Of a stretch of 64,000 nt of DNA, positions 59,821 to 64,000 are shown piece after piece; position 1 is the stretch's first letter, and each line of letters starts with the position of its first letter. The position numbers and the translations under genes were made by a program. A model generated the notes under the pieces. The model was given only the letters and a program-made list of their open reading frames with translations, was not told the DNA's origin and made no database searches. The stretch lies in contig CAWCYI010000006.1 of the NCBI GenBank assembly GCA_963799845.1, positions 1 through 64,000 on the forward strand, read 5' to 3'. The DNA comes from an uncultured Nitrososphaerota archaeon (lineage in GTDB: Archaea; Thermoproteota; Nitrososphaeria; Nitrososphaerales; CADDZS01).

Positions 59821-61182
59821 CTAGGCTCCAGAGGTGCTTGTTTCTGACGATGTTGCAGTTGTCGTCGTTGCATCGCTTGAAGTCGTAGTTGATGTCACGG
59901 TAGTGGTCGTCTGACTAGTGGTTGTTGTAGAGCTCGTTTCACTGATCGAAGTCGATGTTGCCGTGTTAGTCGCAGAGGTTGTGGAGATTACTTCGCCGCT
60001 TGTACTCGAGATAGTCAACGATCCACCAGCTGTTAGTGCAGTCTGCGCGTCCCTTCCGCTACCGAGAACTGTGACGATGTATTTCTGTCCCGAAAGTATT
60101 CCCTGAATCGGTGTCTGTCCTTGGTATAGCCGGAAAGCTCCCATGGTAATTTGCCCGTTGTACGTGAATGTTTCGCTAGATCCTGGTGCCAATGTGAATC
60201 CAGAGAGTGCCAGTGTCTGGTAAGCTCCTTGCTTGCTCGAAGCTGACAGCGCAAGGAGGCTTCCGTTCGACGCCGCAATGAAGAACTCTGAATTCCTCGA
60301 GATCGGCCCGATTGCGGAACTAGGTACCCAACCGCCGCTCTTAGTAGAGGTCGAAGTTAGAGCGATCATTCGGAAGACGATTGTCGCGTTTCCGGTGTTT
60401 TGTACCGTTACACTCAGAGAGCCCTGGTTCAAGCTGGCCGAAGTGATCTCGAATTTTGTCGTGTACCATGTTGCAACCGCTATGTTGCTCTTGAGGTCGT
60501 TTCTATCGCCTACGCGCGGATGATTTGCTATTGAGTTTGCTGCAAGAGTGTATCCGTTGGCTGCTGGGATGAAGGCAAATGTTGGGTCAGTAGTGTTTCC
60601 CAATAGAAGGACTGTTGGAGTCATGTCAATCATAGCTCCGGTCGTCTGTCCGTCTGAGACAATTATTCCTCCTGGGATCCAAACGTAGAGGGTGTGATCT
60701 TGGTAGACGAGATCTGCAGTGTAGTTAGTTCCCTGGAAAGTGACAACAGCTGAGGTCACGTTGAATCTCAGTCCGTTGAAATTCCCGGAAGATATGTTTG
60801 CAGAGGCGATCGTCTGGCTCTCATTGACTATGCTCATGAGGTCAATTTCGCCTGATGTTTGGAGATCTGTCCAACCAGTCTGATTTCCTGCTTGGCTGAA
60901 GTGGACTTCCATGCTGCTGTAGTTGATGTAGACTGCTGTTACGCCATCCGGCACTGTTGGTGGGTCCGTCATCAGGACCGCAAGAGTCCCAGATCCGCTT
61001 TGATTTGGCGTGTTTGTGCTTTGACTTGACGGGCTCGCGCTGGAACTGCTGGTACTTATCGTCGTACCAGAAGATGAACTCCCATTCACCAGTCCCGGCG
61101 TGAATACTGCTGCACCTATCAGCGCCACAGCGATTACCGCTGCTAAGACGCCAGATACAAGTACTTTGTTTTTCATATTCAT
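59821..61182 (-). CDS. Secreted DUF4382-like protein with Ser/Thr-rich linkers
   Basis: Signal/anchor helix, GTLAVLMTDPP motif, Thr-rich tail. Confidence 0.75.
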   Translation of the reverse strand: MNMKNKVLVSGVLAAVIAVALIGAAVFTPGLVNGSSSSGTTISTSSSSASPSSQSTNTPNQSGSGTLAVLMTDPPTVPDGVTAVYINYSSMEVHFSQAGNQTGWTDLQTSGEIDLMSIVNESQTIASANISSGNFNGLRFNVTSAVVTFQGTNYTADLVYQDHTLYVWIPGGIIVSDGQTTGAMIDMTPTVLLLGNTTDPTFAFIPAANGYTLAANSIANHPRVGDRNDLKSNIAVATWYTTKFEITSASLNQGSLSVTVQNTGNATIVFRMIALTSTSTKSGGWVPSSAIGPISRNSEFFIAASNGSLLALSASSKQGAYQTLALSGFTLAPGSSETFTYNGQITMGAFRLYQGQTPIQGILSGQKYIVTVLGSGRDAQTALTAGGSLTISSTSGEVISTTSATNTATSTSISETSSTTTTSQTTTTVTSTTTSSDATTTTATSSETSTSGA

Positions 61183-61761
61183 GTTACTGCGTTCACTTGA
61201 CCCCCATGATTTCCGATGATGATATTAGAAACAGCGTTCTTGAACAGCACGTTTAGGCAAATGACTAGCATGTTCAAATTGTTGAACAGAAAATTCGTTA
61301 GCGATCCCTATCATACAGCTTTTGGATCAAAAAACGACCTGGGAACGCCATCAGTACGGGGGAACCATGTCGATAGATTATTGATTCGAATACTCGAGCT
61401 ATATCGGACTACGATGTATGCCCTAATCTGTATCTGAGCCCTCGAATCCGAAATCATCTGTATCAAAAACCACGAATAATGTTCAATTCGTGATCACCGC
61501 CGAGTCTACTTTTTTCAAAATCCAGGCCCGCGCCTAAATGAAAAGCAGAATTGTCCGCAAGGTGTTTTAGAGCGGTTTGGGACAGACGAATTTCCTCATC
61601 AATACGGTACATCTATGACACGGAATATTCTTACTCGGAGCGTTATTTGATATCCTGTTTTTCGAATTGAGTTTATCCCTGACTAGTACTGCTCTATAGC
61701 AGGGAAGGAAGCAAAAAGAAAAATTTTAACAAAAAAGAAGGGAGGGGAACTAAAAATGTCC

Positions 61762-63000
61762 CTAAGTTACGGTGAAGGAAGTTGTCCCGATTCCGGTAGT
61801 ATAACCTGACGCCGAGGCCGTTATCTGAACGTGATATGTTCCAGCAACTCTTGGAATAACGTAGCTGAAGACGGCTTCGCCATTTGAGCCAGTGTTGACA
61901 TGTCCTGTAGCTTGTTGTCCGTTGGGCAGAGTTACGACTGCTGTGACCGATGCTGCAACTCCACTACCGTCGTAAGATACAGTTACGGATATCAGAGCTT
62001 CTTCACTAGGTCTGTAGGTCTGTTGGTTTGTCGAGACCGTAACGACCAACTGATGAGTGGAGGTTGAGGTAGTCGTACTGGTTATGGTTGTCGTACTTGT
62101 AGCGGTCGTAGTAGTCGAGGGGCTTGTTGTGGTCGAAGAGTGAGTAGTCGTGGTGGTGGATGTCCCTGATTCATAGGTATTTGTGAACGAGGTGCCATCA
62201 CCAGTGAGAGCTGAAGTAAGAGAAATTACATTGTTGTTTGAATTGACCATGTTGATCTGGTTCACGGCCGCCCCAAATTTAGAGATGACGCCACTTGCAC
62301 CGTCTACGGTTGCATAACCCGAACTAGATGAGCTGTGTGTATAATCCTGCCCAAGGTATGCTACCCCAAAGTTAGCGAGAGGTAGGACGCCACCGGAGGA
62401 TGAGGGAGCTTCCACGATCCATTCAGCAGAGCTGTCTGACGCCGAAGGAAGGTTCGCGCCTGTTGAGGATGATGCACCTGTATTCTCGTTAGTAAGAGTC
62501 GTTGTGTAGGTATTTCCCGATTTAGAGACTTGTGCGTAGAAGACTTGACCTGGCGTTACCGTGACAGATCCTATCTCATACATTGGATTGGGATAGAATT
62601 CGTACCAAGCATAATAGTACGCACTGCCGCCGCTGCAGTACGCGAGCGTTCCGGTCTGTTCAACTGTGTCGGAAGAGTAGCCATCGATACCGACCCATGT
62701 TGCGACATAGGCAGTTTGTGATGAACAGGTAACGGCTGGCTGAATCCACGTGCCGACGACATCAGAGACATCTGAACCGACAACAGCATAGCCGGCCCAG
62801 TTCGTGCTTTCGACCGTATTACGGATTCCGAGCGGAGTTTCACTGGAAGTGCTATGAGTACGAATGATCGGATGGCTGTGAGCCTTGGTCGACTGCGCAA
62901 ATGATGGGAATGAGAGATTTAACAAAAGGATAGCCAGAATAAAACACATTATTAATGCTGGAAAAAGGATACGTTTTCGTTTAGGCGGGATGTACATCAA
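61762..63000 (-). CDS. Secreted G1-family glutamic endopeptidase with Thr-rich linker and Ig-like C-terminal domain
   Basis: STNWAGY, WVGIDG, EQTGT, AWYEFYP, SAEWIVEAP. Confidence 0.88.
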   Translation of the reverse strand: MMYIPPKRKRILFPALIMCFILAILLLNLSFPSFAQSTKAHSHPIIRTHSTSSETPLGIRNTVESTNWAGYAVVGSDVSDVVGTWIQPAVTCSSQTAYVATWVGIDGYSSDTVEQTGTLAYCSGGSAYYYAWYEFYPNPMYEIGSVTVTPGQVFYAQVSKSGNTYTTTLTNENTGASSSTGANLPSASDSSAEWIVEAPSSSGGVLPLANFGVAYLGQDYTHSSSSSGYATVDGASGVISKFGAAVNQINMVNSNNNVISLTSALTGDGTSFTNTYESGTSTTTTTHSSTTTSPSTTTTATSTTTITSTTTSTSTHQLVVTVSTNQQTYRPSEEALISVTVSYDGSGVAASVTAVVTLPNGQQATGHVNTGSNGEAVFSYVIPRVAGTYHVQITASASGYTTGIGTTSFTVT

Positions 63001-63442
63001 TACATCAAGGCTAGACCTTGGAAGGAGCTTCTTATTTCTTGTCTATGTAGAATTAGGAAGAAATGTTGTCAAAAGGCGTTTAAGCGACTCATATCTCCAA
63101 GAGGGCCCGTTGGTGATTGAATACTCCTTTAGGCCAATCCATTGCATTAGCATTCTTATAAGAAATTACTGATAGCTTCTCCGAAAGAAATAGGCCCCCG
63201 TTTCGCAACCGAGAGACATAGGCGCTTGAATATTCTACCGTGAGTGGGTCAAACACGATCTTATTTTTGCAATAAGTCGATGGGCAGTATAACAAAATAA
63301 TTCCTGCCATAGAAATTTGTTCATTGGGAATTGGTCTAACAGTTGTCCCTGATCGGAAAAATTTCTCTTATCAAACAATTATTTCGCTCCATAGTCAACA
63401 AGGTTAGGCTGGGGGACTATTGGAGGAGCATCTGGAAGAAGC

Positions 63443-64000
63443 ATGGCTATGGGTCAAGAAAGCTTTCAGAGGAAAAGGTGGTGTGGGTGGTCAAGGCTAG
63501 AGAGAGCGGCCTTGCAGCCAGGGATATCGCATCAACCCAGAACATCACCGTGAGAAGAGTGGAGCAGCTTTATGCCCAATACAGGGAATCCGGAGAGATA
63601 CCATCTCTCAAGAAGGCAGGCAGAAAAAGAATCGAGATCCCAATTGAGGAGAGGAATGCGATCATCGAAGCTTCAAGGAAGTTTGGCGTCGGAGCCTGCT
63701 ACCTCGTTTCAATCCTCAAGAGAGATTACGGCATCGATGAAACAAACCACATGCGAGTCTATAGCGTATTGAAGGAGGAAGGATTGTTGTACAATACAGC
63801 AAGGACGCGCTTCAAGCGCAAGTGGATCAGATATGAAAGGGAGCATTCCAATTCGTTGTGGCACGTCGATTGGCACGAGATGAAATCGTCAGTATACAGG
63901 GGCAAGTGGCTGGTAATCTACGAGGATGACGCATCGAGGTACATCCTGGGTTATGGCGTGTTTGACTCTCCGTCGTCTGAAAATGCAGTGAGCGTCCTGA
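63443..64000 (+). mobile_element. IS481-like DDE transposase, truncated by the window end
   Basis: HTH ITVRRVEQLYAQYR, then RYEREHSNSLWHVDW...IYEDDASRYI; nearby ATGs are one base out of frame, so the start is uncertain. Confidence 0.85.

Noticed and set aside
61216-61760. Long intergenic stretch with a 73-aa ORF
   Set aside because: No convincing coding signal or structure beyond a T-rich terminator-like tract on the minus strand.
63089-63310. 73-aa minus-strand ORF
   Set aside because: No recognisable homology; may be spurious.

Overview
Archaeal chromosome segment, most likely a Nitrososphaerota (Thaumarchaeota)-type genome. This is inferred from rps25e, Alba, rpoK, type II GAPDH, TrpB2, the DUF47-endA pair, a TackOD1-like protein, nuo order A-B-C-D-H-I-J-K-M-L-N and BHB-type tRNA introns. 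A housekeeping core (about 14-57.9 kb) carries trpB2, gap/pgk, a Tad-like pilus locus, endA, glnA, lig, trmI, two intron-containing tRNAs, an 11-subunit complex I, rps13-4-11 and suf genes. It is flanked by two accessory regions. The left one holds an ABC exporter module, an amine/amino-acid catabolic cluster and pseudogenes. The right one holds small cassette-like genes, secreted proteins and a partial IS481-type transposase. Four unannotated signals stand out. (1) An approximately 580-nt, heavily base-paired region with no credible ORF (37320-37905) beside tRNA-Ile2, a candidate large ncRNA. (2) A 544-bp transposase-less element with perfect 13-bp IS6-like terminal inverted repeats and an 8-bp target duplication; it carries one VOC gene and abuts a second element end. 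(3) Recurrent TCAGGGAT junction motifs between neighbouring small genes. (4) Frameshifts in conserved genes that cluster at AGCT, probably a methylation-linked sequencing artefact. All calls were made by eye; no searches or folding programs were run.
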